Source of the DNA: an uncultured cyanobacterium
Lineage (GTDB): Bacteria > Cyanobacteriota > Cyanobacteriia > PCC-6307 > Cyanobiaceae
Direction: 5' to 3'
NCBI GenBank assembly: GCA_963697335.1
Contig: CAVONQ010000008.1
Coordinates: forward strand, 54,487 to 118,486
DNA: 64,000 bases
Each line of letters starts with the position of its first letter. The first letter of the stretch is position 1. This document shows, one piece after another, positions 21,038 to 30,034 of this stretch. The notes under the pieces are model-generated. The model was not told where the DNA came from. It searched no databases and was given only the letters and a program-made list of their open reading frames with translations. The translations under genes were made by a program, and so were the position numbers.

Positions 21038-21745
21038 ATGACAACGACGGATTGGCTCTGGGTGTTGCACCCCGCTCTGGCGGTGGTGCTCGTGTACCCC
21101 CTGCTCGGCCTGGTGCTGCGCCTGGCCCAGCAGACCCGGCAGCGGCGCGTTCAGAAGCTGAAGCTGCCCCCCAGCGTGGGCGGGGAGCACGTGGACTTCG
21201 GCCGGTGGTTGGCGGCGGCCGTGGTGGGCATCGAACTGCTGGCGATGGTGGTGGTGATCAGCACCAAGCAACCCTCGGCGCTGACCCCTAGCCGCAGCGC
21301 CCTGTTGCTGCTGGTGCTGGCCGGCACCGTGGCGGCGTTGGTAGCCCTCTGGCGTGCCAAGGAGGCGATCTACCGGGCCAGCTTCGCGCTGCTCTGTTGG
21401 GCCGGTGTGATCGGCCTGGGGCTGCAGCCTGAGGTGTGGCGCCTCAGCGACAACCCCCTCGATCCGGCCTTCTGGCAATCCCATTTCTGGGGCGGCATGG
21501 GGCTCACGGGGCTGATGCTGTTCTCGGTGGCGGCCCGGCCGGAGATCCTGCGGCAACTGCGCTGGCGGCGGCTGCACATCACCGCCAATGCGATCGCGGC
21601 CCTGATCTTTGTGGCCCAGGGCATCAGCGGTCCTCGCGATCTGCTGGAGATCCCGCTCAGCTGGCAGAAACCCGTCGTCTACGCCTGTGACTTCACCAAC
21701 AAGGTTTGCCCACCGCCGGCACCAGCTCCGGCGCCCCAGCCCTGA
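21038..21745 (+). CDS. DUF4079 family membrane protein
   Basis: LHPALAVVLVYPLLG, EH..FGRWL, WQSHFWGG, LH..AN, GPRDLLEIPLSWQKP. Confidence 0.8.
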   Translation: MTTTDWLWVLHPALAVVLVYPLLGLVLRLAQQTRQRRVQKLKLPPSVGGEHVDFGRWLAAAVVGIELLAMVVVISTKQPSALTPSRSALLLLVLAGTVAALVALWRAKEAIYRASFALLCWAGVIGLGLQPEVWRLSDNPLDPAFWQSHFWGGMGLTGLMLFSVAARPEILRQLRWRRLHITANAIAALIFVAQGISGPRDLLEIPLSWQKPVVYACDFTNKVCPPPAPAPAPQP

Positions 21746-21754
21746 AGTGCTCTG

Positions 21755-23788
21755 ATGCGTCTCCCTTGGGCGGTGGCCCTGCTGGCCCTGCTGGCTGGCC
21801 GTTACTGGTGGTGGCGCCTCACCAGCACCCTGGTGCTGGACGACTGGCTCAGCAGCTCGATGAGTGTGCTGGTGCTGCTCGCCGAAACCTGGCTGCTGGC
21901 CCACAGCTTCCTGCAGCTCGCCTTCAGCCTGGCGCCCGATCCCGGCATCGCCGCCCGCGCTGAACGGGCGGCCGCCCGGGTGCAGCGGCGGCTGGAGCCG
22001 GCGGGATCCGCCTCGGTGCCCCTGCCCTGGGTGGATGTGCTGATTCCCACCTGCGGGGAACCGCTGGAGCTGGTGGAGCGCTGCCTGCTGGGCTGCCGGG
22101 CGCTCACCTATCCCCGCGCCCAGGTGTGGCTACTCGACGACGCCGCGCGGCCTGAGCTGCAGCAGCTCTGCCGGCGGCTGGGCTGCCGCTACAGCTCCCG
22201 CCCGGGCCGCGAGCACGCCAAGGCCGGCAACCTCAATCACGTGCTGCCCCTGCTGCAGGGCGAGCTGATCGCCGTGTTCGATGCTGACGTGGTGCCCCTC
22301 AACACGTTCCTGCTGCGCAGCGTGGGGCTGTTCGATGAGCCCCGGGTGGCCCTGGTGCAGTCGCCCCAGACCTACATGACCGCCGACCCGGTGATCCGCA
22401 ACCTGCGGCTGGAGCGCTGGCTGATGCCGGACGAGGAGAGCTTTTACCGCTGGATCGAACCGGTGCGCCAGGGCGTCGGGGCGGTCGTGTGCGCGGGCAC
22501 GTCTTTCCTGGTGCGCCGTTCGGCCCTGCTGGCCGTGGGGGGCTTCGACACGGGCACCTCCTCGGAGGACCTGGCCACCGGGATCCGGCTGACGGCGGCG
22601 GGTGGGGAGTGCGTGTACCTGCCTGAAAAGCTGAGTGCCGGGCTGGCGCCGTTCACGGCCTCGGCCCTTGTGCGCCAGCGCTGCCGCTGGGCCAGCGGCA
22701 CCCTCCAGACCCTGCGCACCGGTGCCAGCCCACTGCGCATTGCCGGGCTGAAACCCCTGCAGCGGCTCGCCTTCCTGGAGGGCATCCTCCACTGGTTCAA
22801 TGCCCTGCCGCAGCTGCTGCTGGCCCTGATGCCGCTGATGATCGGCGTGCTGGGCGTGCTGCCCCTGCAGATCACCGGCGCAGGCCTGCTGCGCTATGCC
22901 CTGCCCTTCTTTGGCGCCCAGCTGCTGCTGGCCCGCTGGTTCAGCGACCAGGCCCGCACCGGCTTACTGCCTGAGCTCTACCGCTGGATCGTGCTGATCC
23001 CGCTGGTGGCCACGATCTGGCGCTGGGCCCTGCGGCGCCCGCTGCGCTTCAAGGTGACCCCCAAGGCCCTGGCCCCGGGCAGCAGGCAAGCCGCGGACCC
23101 CCGCCTGTGGCTGCCGCTGCTGGCGCTGCTGCTGGTGCAGCTGCTGGCCCTGCTGAACCTCTTCAGCTTGGCGCAGGATCCGAGTCTGTCGGCGCTGGCG
23201 ACGATCACCCCCGCCAGCCTGGGCCTGGGGGTGAGCTGGAGCCTGATCAATGCTCTGCTGTTGCTGCTGGCCCTGCGCTGCTGCTGGGACCGGCCGCGTC
23301 GTTCCGCCCTGCCCTGGTTTGCCGTGCGCGAACCGGCCCGCCTGGGTGGCCAGCCGGTGCTGCTGCGGGCGATCAGCGAGGAAGGGGTGGAGCTCGCCCT
23401 GGCTCCCGGCTCTCGCCTGGCTGGCCAGGTGGCGCTGCCCGTGGCTGGCCCTGCCGCGCTGCTGCAGCTCACCTGGGGCGAGGACTGCTGGCCGCTGCAG
23501 CTGGTGGCCCGCCGGGGCGAGCGGCTCGGCGCCCTCTGGGCGGGGCTCAGTCCCCACCAGCAGCGGACCCTGCACCAGCGCCTCTACCGCCAGAGCGACC
23601 TGTGGCCGCACCGGCGGGCGCCATTTGAGCCGCTGGCCCTGCTGGCGGTGCTGGGCCGACTGCTCAGCCCCATCCCCCCCGACGACTGGTTCCGGCGGAG
23701 CCTGGTGGCGATCCAGCTCACCAGCATCCCCCGGCCCCAGCGGCTGGTGCCGCCACGGGCCTATCCCAGCGCCGAGGTGGCGGTGTAA
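21755..23788 (+). CDS. Cellulose synthase-like processive GT2 with degenerate PilZ-like C-terminus
   Basis: LLDD, HAKAGNLN, FDAD, QSPQ, SEDL, QRCRW (QxxRW), multiple TM segments. Confidence 0.88.
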   Translation: MRLPWAVALLALLAGRYWWWRLTSTLVLDDWLSSSMSVLVLLAETWLLAHSFLQLAFSLAPDPGIAARAERAAARVQRRLEPAGSASVPLPWVDVLIPTCGEPLELVERCLLGCRALTYPRAQVWLLDDAARPELQQLCRRLGCRYSSRPGREHAKAGNLNHVLPLLQGELIAVFDADVVPLNTFLLRSVGLFDEPRVALVQSPQTYMTADPVIRNLRLERWLMPDEESFYRWIEPVRQGVGAVVCAGTSFLVRRSALLAVGGFDTGTSSEDLATGIRLTAAGGECVYLPEKLSAGLAPFTASALVRQRCRWASGTLQTLRTGASPLRIAGLKPLQRLAFLEGILHWFNALPQLLLALMPLMIGVLGVLPLQITGAGLLRYALPFFGAQLLLARWFSDQARTGLLPELYRWIVLIPLVATIWRWALRRPLRFKVTPKALAPGSRQAADPRLWLPLLALLLVQLLALLNLFSLAQDPSLSALATITPASLGLGVSWSLINALLLLLALRCCWDRPRRSALPWFAVREPARLGGQPVLLRAISEEGVELALAPGSRLAGQVALPVAGPAALLQLTWGEDCWPLQLVARRGERLGALWAGLSPHQQRTLHQRLYRQSDLWPHRRAPFEPLALLAVLGRLLSPIPPDDWFRRSLVAIQLTSIPRPQRLVPPRAYPSAEVAV

Positions 23789-26277
23789 CGGGGCTGCCAC
23801 CGGGCCGCATCGAGGCACTGCAATGCCTCGGCTGCCGTACTGGCCCGTTCCGCCAGACCCTCCTGCACGGCCATCAGGGCCACCGCTTCCGCCACCGCCC
23901 GGGACACGGCCTGCACCTGGGTGAGGGGAGGCATCAGCGGCGCCAGCGGATCCTGGGCGGCGGGAATGGTGGCCGCCAGGGCTTCCAGGGCCGCATCGAT
24001 CATGGGTTCGCTCACCTGGGTCGCCCCCACGGCCACGCAGGCGAAGCCCAGGCCGGGGTACAGAAAGCAGTTGTTGCACTGCCCGATCACCCGCTCCTGG
24101 CCGTCCCAGGGCACCGGGGCAAAGGGGCTGCCGGTGGCCACCAGGGCCCGGCCGCCACTCCAGGCCAGCAGATCGGCGGGGCAGGCCTCGGCCAGGTTGG
24201 TGGGGTTGGAGAGGGGCAGGATCAGGGGCCGCTGCGTGGCGGCGGCCATCGTCTCCACCACCGCCTGGTCAAAGGCGCCGGCCACGGTGGAGGTGCCGAT
24301 CAGCACCGTGGGCCGTACCTGCTGCACCACCTCCAGCAGCCCGATCTGCCCCTGGCCGTTGCGGCTGAAGTGCTCTGCTTCCTCGGCAGGCCTGGCAAGG
24401 GCTGCGGCGGTTTCCGAACCCGGCGCTGCCACGATCAGCCCGTGGCGATCGAGGCCCCAGAGCCTCTGGCGGGCCTGGTGGGCACTGAGGCCGGCGGCTT
24501 GGAGCAGCCTCAGCAGCCGTTCGGCGATGCCGCAGCCGGCTGTGCCGGCGCCGAAGATCACGATGCGCTGCTCCGCCAGGCTGGTGCCCAGCCCCCGGCA
24601 GGCCGCCAGCACCGCCGCCGCCGCTACGCCGCTGGTGCCCTGGATGTCGTCGTTGAAGCTGGGCGCCTGCTCGCGGTAGCGATCCAGCACTCGCCTCGCC
24701 TGGCCCTTGCCGAAGTCCTCCCAGTGCAGAAACACGCCCGGGAACACCTGCTGGGCCGCCGCCACGACGGCATCGAGGAAGCGGTCGTAGGCCTCGCCCC
24801 GCAGACGCGGCTGGCGGCGGCCCAGGTAGAGGGGATCGTTGAGCAGGGCGGCGTTGTCGGTGCCGACATCGAGTGCCACCGCCAGCACCCGGCCCGGGTG
24901 GAGGCCGCTGCAGAGGGTGTAGACGGCCAGCTTGCCCTGGCAGATGTGGATGCCGCCCACCCCCTGGTCGCCCAGGCCCAGGATTCCTTCAGCATCGGTG
25001 ATCAGCATCAGATCCACTGGGCCCTCGGCGGCCTGGCGCAGCAGCTCCGGCAGCCGCGTTTCCATCTCAGGTGTGAGGTAGGCGCCCAGGTCGGGTGGCT
25101 GGTGGCTGTGGCTGAAGCCCTGGATCACCCGTCCGACGGTGGGGGTGTACACCACGGGCAGGGCCGCCTCGATGTGCTCCTGCAGGAAGGCGTGGAAGAG
25201 GGTGCGGTTGCTGCGGCGCAGCCGGTCCAGGTAAGTGAAGCGCTCGAGGCTGCCCTGCAGGCCACTGAAGCCCTGCCACACCCGCTCCACCTGCTGCTCG
25301 AGGCTCTCCACCGCCGCGGGCAGCCGGGCCTCCAGCTGCAGGCTGCGCCGCTCCTCCAGGCTGAAGGCGGTGTCGCGGTTCAGCCGTGGGTCGGCCAGCA
25401 CGGCCAGTCCCTGGCGAGGCTGGAATCCCTCGGGATCAGGCCCCGCCTCCACCCGCACCCGGTAGTGCATGCGGGAGCCCACGCCGGTGCCCCGGTAGTG
25501 GCCGCTCACCGGCGCCGCCAGGTGGTGATCGGCGGCCGTCACCAGGGTGACGTGGCCATCGGCCACGGCCAGGCCGAGGCTGGGGTCGTAGGCACGCCAG
25601 CCGCCGCCGGGGAGCCACACCTCCGCCCAGGCATGCAGCTCGTGCTCGCTCACCTCTGGCGGATGATGCATGGAGTAGCCGCTCACGAAGCGGGCCGCCA
25701 GGCCGAGGCTGCGGCAGGCCGCCACGTAGAGCATGGCCGTGTCGCGGCAGGCGCCGCGGCGCTGGGCCAGGGTGTCGGCGGGCGCCATCGGCTCGCCGTC
25801 GAAGCGACCGATGTGCTCGAAGCTGTGGTGGATGCGGTCGGCCAGCAACAGCAGCAGGTCGGTGCTGCGCTGGCCGGCCTCCGCCGCCAGCTCCGCAGCC
25901 CAGGCCGCCACGCTCGGCTCGGCCTGGCCCAGGAAGGGGGCCAGGGCCGCCGCAGTGGCGGGGGGGTAGCGGAGCGGCAGGGTCTGGGCGCTGGGATCGG
26001 TGAGGATCCAGTCAAAGGGGTTGCGGCGCAGCGTTTCCACCACGGCGGTGGTGTGGATCCAGAGCTCCTGCCGCAGGCCCGTGAACCAGATCTCAGTGGT
26101 GTCGGCGCCGCCGGGCTCCTCCACCGGCGTACTGCCAGCCGCCTCCCGCACCGTGAGGGTGTGACTCAGCAGTCGCTGCGTGGCGCTCTGCCGGGGCGTG
26201 AGCCGCAGGGTGTGCGGCTCCAGGAACACGGGTTGGTCGTAGTGGTAGTGGAGCGTGTGGTGGATCCGGAAGAACAT
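23761..26277 (-). CDS. Fusion of a bacterial transglutaminase-like protein and an NAD-dependent malic enzyme
   Basis: N-half: IHHTLHYHY, LRLTPR, GACRD, RFVSGY, HAWAEV, YDPS. C-half: YTPTVG, ILGLGDQG, WEDFG, FNDDIQGT, GAGTAG, LSNPT, QCNN. Single open frame. Confidence 0.88.
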   Translation of the reverse strand: MFFRIHHTLHYHYDQPVFLEPHTLRLTPRQSATQRLLSHTLTVREAAGSTPVEEPGGADTTEIWFTGLRQELWIHTTAVVETLRRNPFDWILTDPSAQTLPLRYPPATAAALAPFLGQAEPSVAAWAAELAAEAGQRSTDLLLLLADRIHHSFEHIGRFDGEPMAPADTLAQRRGACRDTAMLYVAACRSLGLAARFVSGYSMHHPPEVSEHELHAWAEVWLPGGGWRAYDPSLGLAVADGHVTLVTAADHHLAAPVSGHYRGTGVGSRMHYRVRVEAGPDPEGFQPRQGLAVLADPRLNRDTAFSLEERRSLQLEARLPAAVESLEQQVERVWQGFSGLQGSLERFTYLDRLRRSNRTLFHAFLQEHIEAALPVVYTPTVGRVIQGFSHSHQPPDLGAYLTPEMETRLPELLRQAAEGPVDLMLITDAEGILGLGDQGVGGIHICQGKLAVYTLCSGLHPGRVLAVALDVGTDNAALLNDPLYLGRRQPRLRGEAYDRFLDAVVAAAQQVFPGVFLHWEDFGKGQARRVLDRYREQAPSFNDDIQGTSGVAAAAVLAACRGLGTSLAEQRIVIFGAGTAGCGIAERLLRLLQAAGLSAHQARQRLWGLDRHGLIVAAPGSETAAALARPAEEAEHFSRNGQGQIGLLEVVQQVRPTVLIGTSTVAGAFDQAVVETMAAATQRPLILPLSNPTNLAEACPADLLAWSGGRALVATGSPFAPVPWDGQERVIGQCNNCFLYPGLGFACVAVGATQVSEPMIDAALEALAATIPAAQDPLAPLMPPLTQVQAVSRAVAEAVALMAVQEGLAERASTAAEALQCLDAARWQPRYTATSALG

Positions 26278-26533
26278 GGGGGAGGCAGCGTCAGGCGCCA
26301 GGGCCGTTACCGAAGCGGAGCGCCGACCCCACCTTCGTCTGGTGGGGGAACAGGGTGCTGCTGGACCCGAAGAGAGCCCCGCCGAGCAAGTCCGACTGGA
26401 CGTCCTCAACCGGGTTACGCAGCGTCACGTTCGGGCTGTGGCGTCCCAGTCAAGCTATGCCAGCGTGAGGATGGCCGGGGCCGCGCAAGCGGCACTCCTG
26501 CGCCATCGTCCATGCCGGCGCAGTGGTGAAGGG

Positions 26534-26956
26534 ATGCTCGCTTTTCTGCTGAACGTTCTCTGGTTTGTGCTGGGGGGCTTCGTGATGGGTCTGGGCTGGT
26601 GGCTGGCCGGCCTGGTGGCGGCCCTCACCGTGGTGGGCATTCCCTGGGCCCGGGCCTGCTTCGTGATCGGCAATTTCTCCTTCTGGCCCTTCGGAAAGGA
26701 GGCGATCAGCCGCCAGGAACTCACGGGCCACGCCGACTTCGGCACCGGCCCCCTGGGGCTGGTGGGCAACGTGATCTGGTTCCTCCTGGCGGGCTGGTGG
26801 CTGGCCATTGGCCACCTCAGCTCGGCTCTGGCCTGCTTCGTGACCATCGTGGGCATCCCCTTCGGGATTCAGCACGTGAAGCTCGCCCTGATCGCCCTGG
26901 CCCCGATCGGCCTCACGGTGGTGCCGAGTGGCACGAGGCCAAGCTTGGAGGGGTGA
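26534..26956 (+). CDS. yccF: YccF domain inner-membrane protein
   Basis: Two repeats of N(V/I)(L/I)WF..GG/GW...T(V/I)VGIP. Confidence 0.88.
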   Translation: MLAFLLNVLWFVLGGFVMGLGWWLAGLVAALTVVGIPWARACFVIGNFSFWPFGKEAISRQELTGHADFGTGPLGLVGNVIWFLLAGWWLAIGHLSSALACFVTIVGIPFGIQHVKLALIALAPIGLTVVPSGTRPSLEG

Positions 26957-26998
26957 ACACGCCGGGGTAAAAGAATCCTCAGGTTGAAGACGGATTGT

Positions 26999-27036
26999 GT
27001 GGAGGCAACTGGCTTGGAAAGCCTCACTGCCTCCAC
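26999..27036. terminator. Stem-loop downstream of yccF (possible terminator)
   Basis: GTGGAGGCA/TGCCTCCAC 9-bp stem plus inner GGCTT/AAGCC stem. No U-tract. Confidence 0.35.
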
Positions 27037-27049
27037 GAGCGAGTCGGGG

Positions 27050-27285
27050 CTGGTTAACTCGATGGCTTCCCGTTGATGGCAGTGCAGCTGCAGTTCCTGG
27101 CCGGGCCCCGATTCATTTGCTCCAGCGGAAGATACCGCGGCACTCCTCATGAAGCACCTCGTCCACCAGCTCAGTGCTCGCTGCGTCACTGATGAAGCTG
27201 GGATGGAGCTGGATCAATGGCGACGACCAGTTCTCTCTTGGTCGCAGTCCTCAATATCCCGATCGCGGAAGGAGAAGACGTCCAT
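27050..27285 (-). pseudogene. 5' relic of a large DEAD/DEAH-box helicase gene
   Basis: Three frames read MDVFSFRDR.IED / W..PLIQLHPSF....ELVDEVLHEECRGIFRW.K / GQELQLHCHQREAIE. Truncated before Walker A. Confidence 0.6.
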
Positions 27286-27342
27286 CGGTTCTGTGCCGGG
27301 ATTGGGAACCGCATCCGGTGCGATATGAGGCAAGACACATCC

Positions 27343-27921
27343 CTATGGAAGGTCGTGGGTCTCCATCGGACACCTTTCACCCTCCAACCCACCAAATCCA
27401 CACCGCAGCACCGCCAGGGCGTCATCCGGCAGCCCCAGAAAGCCATCGAGCCAGCGGTCGCCGCTGGGGGGCACCCGCGCCACGCCGACCAGACAGCCCT
27501 GGCCGCTGGCATCCAGGGGGGTGCCCTCGGCCCGATGGCGCTGGCCTGCCACCGATCCCGTGGTGAGGTCCGTGCTCACCAGCAGCGGCGGTGGTTGGTA
27601 AAGCCCGCCCCAGCTGCAGTGGAAGCGGGCCTCGAACCGCAGGGTCACGGCTCCGCTGGCCGGCACGAGCTGGCCGGCGAGGGTGAGGGGTTCGATGGTG
27701 ATCTGCAACCCCGGCGGCAGGGGCAGCCCCAGCACCCGCGTCGTGCGCCAGTTCAGGGGGGGGATGCTGAGCTCGGCGGGGTCGAAGGCGATCTCCAAGG
27801 TGTCGTCAACGGGGCTGCAGGTTGCCCTGCCGCTGCCGCCCCGGGCGTCGTAGCGAAAGCGGGGATAGCGGCCGATCGCCAATCCGCAGCCCGCCTGGGT
27901 GTGCAGCTCCAGGCTGGTCAT
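27343..27921 (-). CDS. Conserved cyanobacterial hypothetical protein
   Basis: L.IGRYPRFRYDARGG, IPPLNWRTTR.LGLPLPPGL, LDGFLGLPDDALAVLRC. Confidence 0.7.
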   Translation of the reverse strand: MTSLELHTQAGCGLAIGRYPRFRYDARGGSGRATCSPVDDTLEIAFDPAELSIPPLNWRTTRVLGLPLPPGLQITIEPLTLAGQLVPASGAVTLRFEARFHCSWGGLYQPPPLLVSTDLTTGSVAGQRHRAEGTPLDASGQGCLVGVARVPPSGDRWLDGFLGLPDDALAVLRCGFGGLEGERCPMETHDLP

Positions 27922-27953
27922 GGGCAGAGGCGGAGTTGGGGGGACACGACCCT

Positions 27954-28610
27954 TCAGGCGTGGCGGAGGCCTTCGAGGCTGCCGCGGGCGTGAAGCTCGG
28001 CGAGGGCGTCATAGCCACCGATGAAGGTACCGTCGATGAACACCTGGGGCACGCTGCCAGGCTGGCTGGGCTCGATCACCCGGTGGGCAATGCCCAGGGT
28101 GCGCAGCATGCGCAGGGCCCGGGCTGAAAACGGGCAGCCGGGCAGCACGGCCACCTCCACCCTGGCAGCCGTGGGGGCCTGGGCCAGGGGCACCATCAGG
28201 GGTTCAGCGGATCGCTGGACGGCGCCCTGCAAGGTCGCTTGAGTGGCCCCTTGCTCCACGACCTGAGCAGCGGCGCCAGGCTCCGGATCAAACAGCCCCA
28301 CCAGGAGGTCGGCTCCCTTGTACACCAGCGTGCCGGGCTCCAGGTGGCCGCCCCACACCTGGCAGGCGTTGTCGGAGAAGCTCAGGTGCAGGTGCACCCC
28401 CTGGGCGGCCACCGTGCCCTGCAGGGTGATGATCTCCAGCTCGCCCGCCAGCACGGTGGGACTGGGCTCACCGGGGCACTGGAACGATGCCTGGGTGAGG
28501 TTCCCCACCACGCTCAACACGAAGCCGTGGCCCCCCTCCTGGGCGGCCAGCTGCTCCAGGGACTGGCGCACGTCGCTGCCGGGTTCGAGGTGCAGGGCCA
28601 GAAACCGCAT
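27954..28610 (-). CDS. PPC/DUF296 domain protein fused to a glutaredoxin-like domain
   Basis: LEPGSDV, SVVGNL, EIITLQG, HLHLS, GGHL; C-terminal GCPFS..VPQVFIDG..IGGYD. Confidence 0.85.
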   Translation of the reverse strand: MRFLALHLEPGSDVRQSLEQLAAQEGGHGFVLSVVGNLTQASFQCPGEPSPTVLAGELEIITLQGTVAAQGVHLHLSFSDNACQVWGGHLEPGTLVYKGADLLVGLFDPEPGAAAQVVEQGATQATLQGAVQRSAEPLMVPLAQAPTAARVEVAVLPGCPFSARALRMLRTLGIAHRVIEPSQPGSVPQVFIDGTFIGGYDALAELHARGSLEGLRHA

Positions 28611-28698
28611 GGACAGACGGGCGAGAACGGAGGACACCAAGGCCCGAAATTAAGCCCTCGCCTGGCCCCCGGGTCGTCCAGCAGACCGCCGCCCGGCC

Positions 28699-29676
28699 AT
28701 GGGCGGCTCCACAATGCGAGCCCGCCAGGGTCCTGTGATCGGCTTTCATTCGCCTCGCTCCTACACCCTGCTGTCCGTGGGGGCGTCCCTGGCCACGATG
28801 GCGATCAAGATCGTCGCCTGGCGCTTCACCGGCTCGGTGGGCCTGTTCTCCGACGCGCTCGAATCCCTGGTGAACCTGGCGGCGGCGCTGGGAGGCTTCT
28901 GGGCCCTGACCCTGGCGGCCAGGCCTGCCGATCGGAATCACAACTATGGCCACTTCAAGGCCGAATACTTCTCCAGCGGTCTCGAGAGCGCCCTGATCGT
29001 GCTGGCGGCGCTGCTGATCCTGCAGAGCGCCGTCGGCCGGCTGCTCAACCCCCAGCCCTTGGAGCAGGTGGGTCTCGGCCTGATGCTCACGCTGCTGGCC
29101 ACGGCCCTGAACGGGCTCGTGGCGGTGCTGCTGCTGGGGGCGTCGCGTCGCTTTCATTCGATCACCCTGCGGGCCGATGGCCAGCACCTGCTCACCGACG
29201 TGTGGACCTCCCTGGGGGTGGTGCTGTCCCTGGTGCTGGTGCCGCTCACCGGCCTCACCGTGCTGGATCCCCTGGTGGCGATCGCCGTGGCAGCCAACAT
29301 CCTGTTCACGGGCTGGCAGCTGCTGCACGAGACGGCCTCAGGCTTGCTGGACCGCTCCCTCGACGAGCCCGATCAGCAGCGGCTCAGCAAGCTGCTCGCG
29401 GCTCGCAGCGGCGATGAAGTGGCCTTCCATGCCGTGCGCACCCGGGTGGCGGGCTCCCGTCGCTTCGTGACCATGCACGTGCTGGTGCCGGGCCACTGGA
29501 GTGTGCAGCGGGGCCACGACTTCTGCTCCGCCCTGGAGCGGGACATCGCCGCCGTCCTGCCCCGCAGCCACGTGTTGACCCATCTGGAGCCGATCGAGGA
29601 CCCCAGCGCCTGGAACGACGACGGCTTCCAGTGGGATGGCGATCCGGCGGCAGCCCGGGGCTCGGATTCTCGATAG
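28699..29676 (+). CDS. Cation diffusion facilitator transporter
   Basis: GSVGLFSDALESLVN, PAD..H.YGH.KAEY, ADGQHLLTD, THLEP. Confidence 0.92.
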   Translation: MGGSTMRARQGPVIGFHSPRSYTLLSVGASLATMAIKIVAWRFTGSVGLFSDALESLVNLAAALGGFWALTLAARPADRNHNYGHFKAEYFSSGLESALIVLAALLILQSAVGRLLNPQPLEQVGLGLMLTLLATALNGLVAVLLLGASRRFHSITLRADGQHLLTDVWTSLGVVLSLVLVPLTGLTVLDPLVAIAVAANILFTGWQLLHETASGLLDRSLDEPDQQRLSKLLAARSGDEVAFHAVRTRVAGSRRFVTMHVLVPGHWSVQRGHDFCSALERDIAAVLPRSHVLTHLEPIEDPSAWNDDGFQWDGDPAAARGSDSR

Positions 29677-29723
29677 CGGCGGCGGCGGCGGCCGTGCAGG
29701 TCAGCGCTGGGGAGTTCAATGCC

Positions 29724-30002
29724 TCAGAGAGCTCGGCCCGGTGGCTGGCCCTCCGGCGGTGGCAGGGGCCGGGGGCTGCGCCTGCCGGGTTCCAGGCTGG
29801 CCAGCAGGGCTCCCAAGGCCAGCAGCCCCAGCAGTCCCCACAGGGCCGGGCGGGGCAGGCGTCGCGCCGGGCCGCCGCCGCGGCGCCGCACCTGCTTCTC
29901 GGCCCTGAGGCCGAGGGGGCGCCCGCAGCGCCCGCACACAAAGCGGCCGGCCAGGCTGCGGTCTGCCTTCACCGACCAGCTGCCGCAGCTGGAACAGGCC
30001 AT
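29724..30002 (-). CDS. Small zinc-ribbon membrane protein
   Basis: CSSC...CGRC followed by a TM segment. Confidence 0.6.
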   Translation of the reverse strand: MACSSCGSWSVKADRSLAGRFVCGRCGRPLGLRAEKQVRRRGGGPARRLPRPALWGLLGLLALGALLASLEPGRRSPRPLPPPEGQPPGRAL

Positions 30003-30034
30003 CGCGAGGGGGTGGGATCAGGGCTCCAGCATGC

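Noticed and set aside
26400..26440. Partial resemblance to the c-di-AMP riboswitch 3' end (GCCCGAAC...TAACCCGGT on the minus strand)
   Set aside because: The 5' conserved elements are absent and the spacing differs.
24370..26529. Long antisense or overlapping ORFs (e.g. 24370-26529, 42720-44588, 51212-53092, 33233-34840)
   Set aside because: Shadow ORFs opposite well-supported genes, expected at high GC, with no recognisable motifs.
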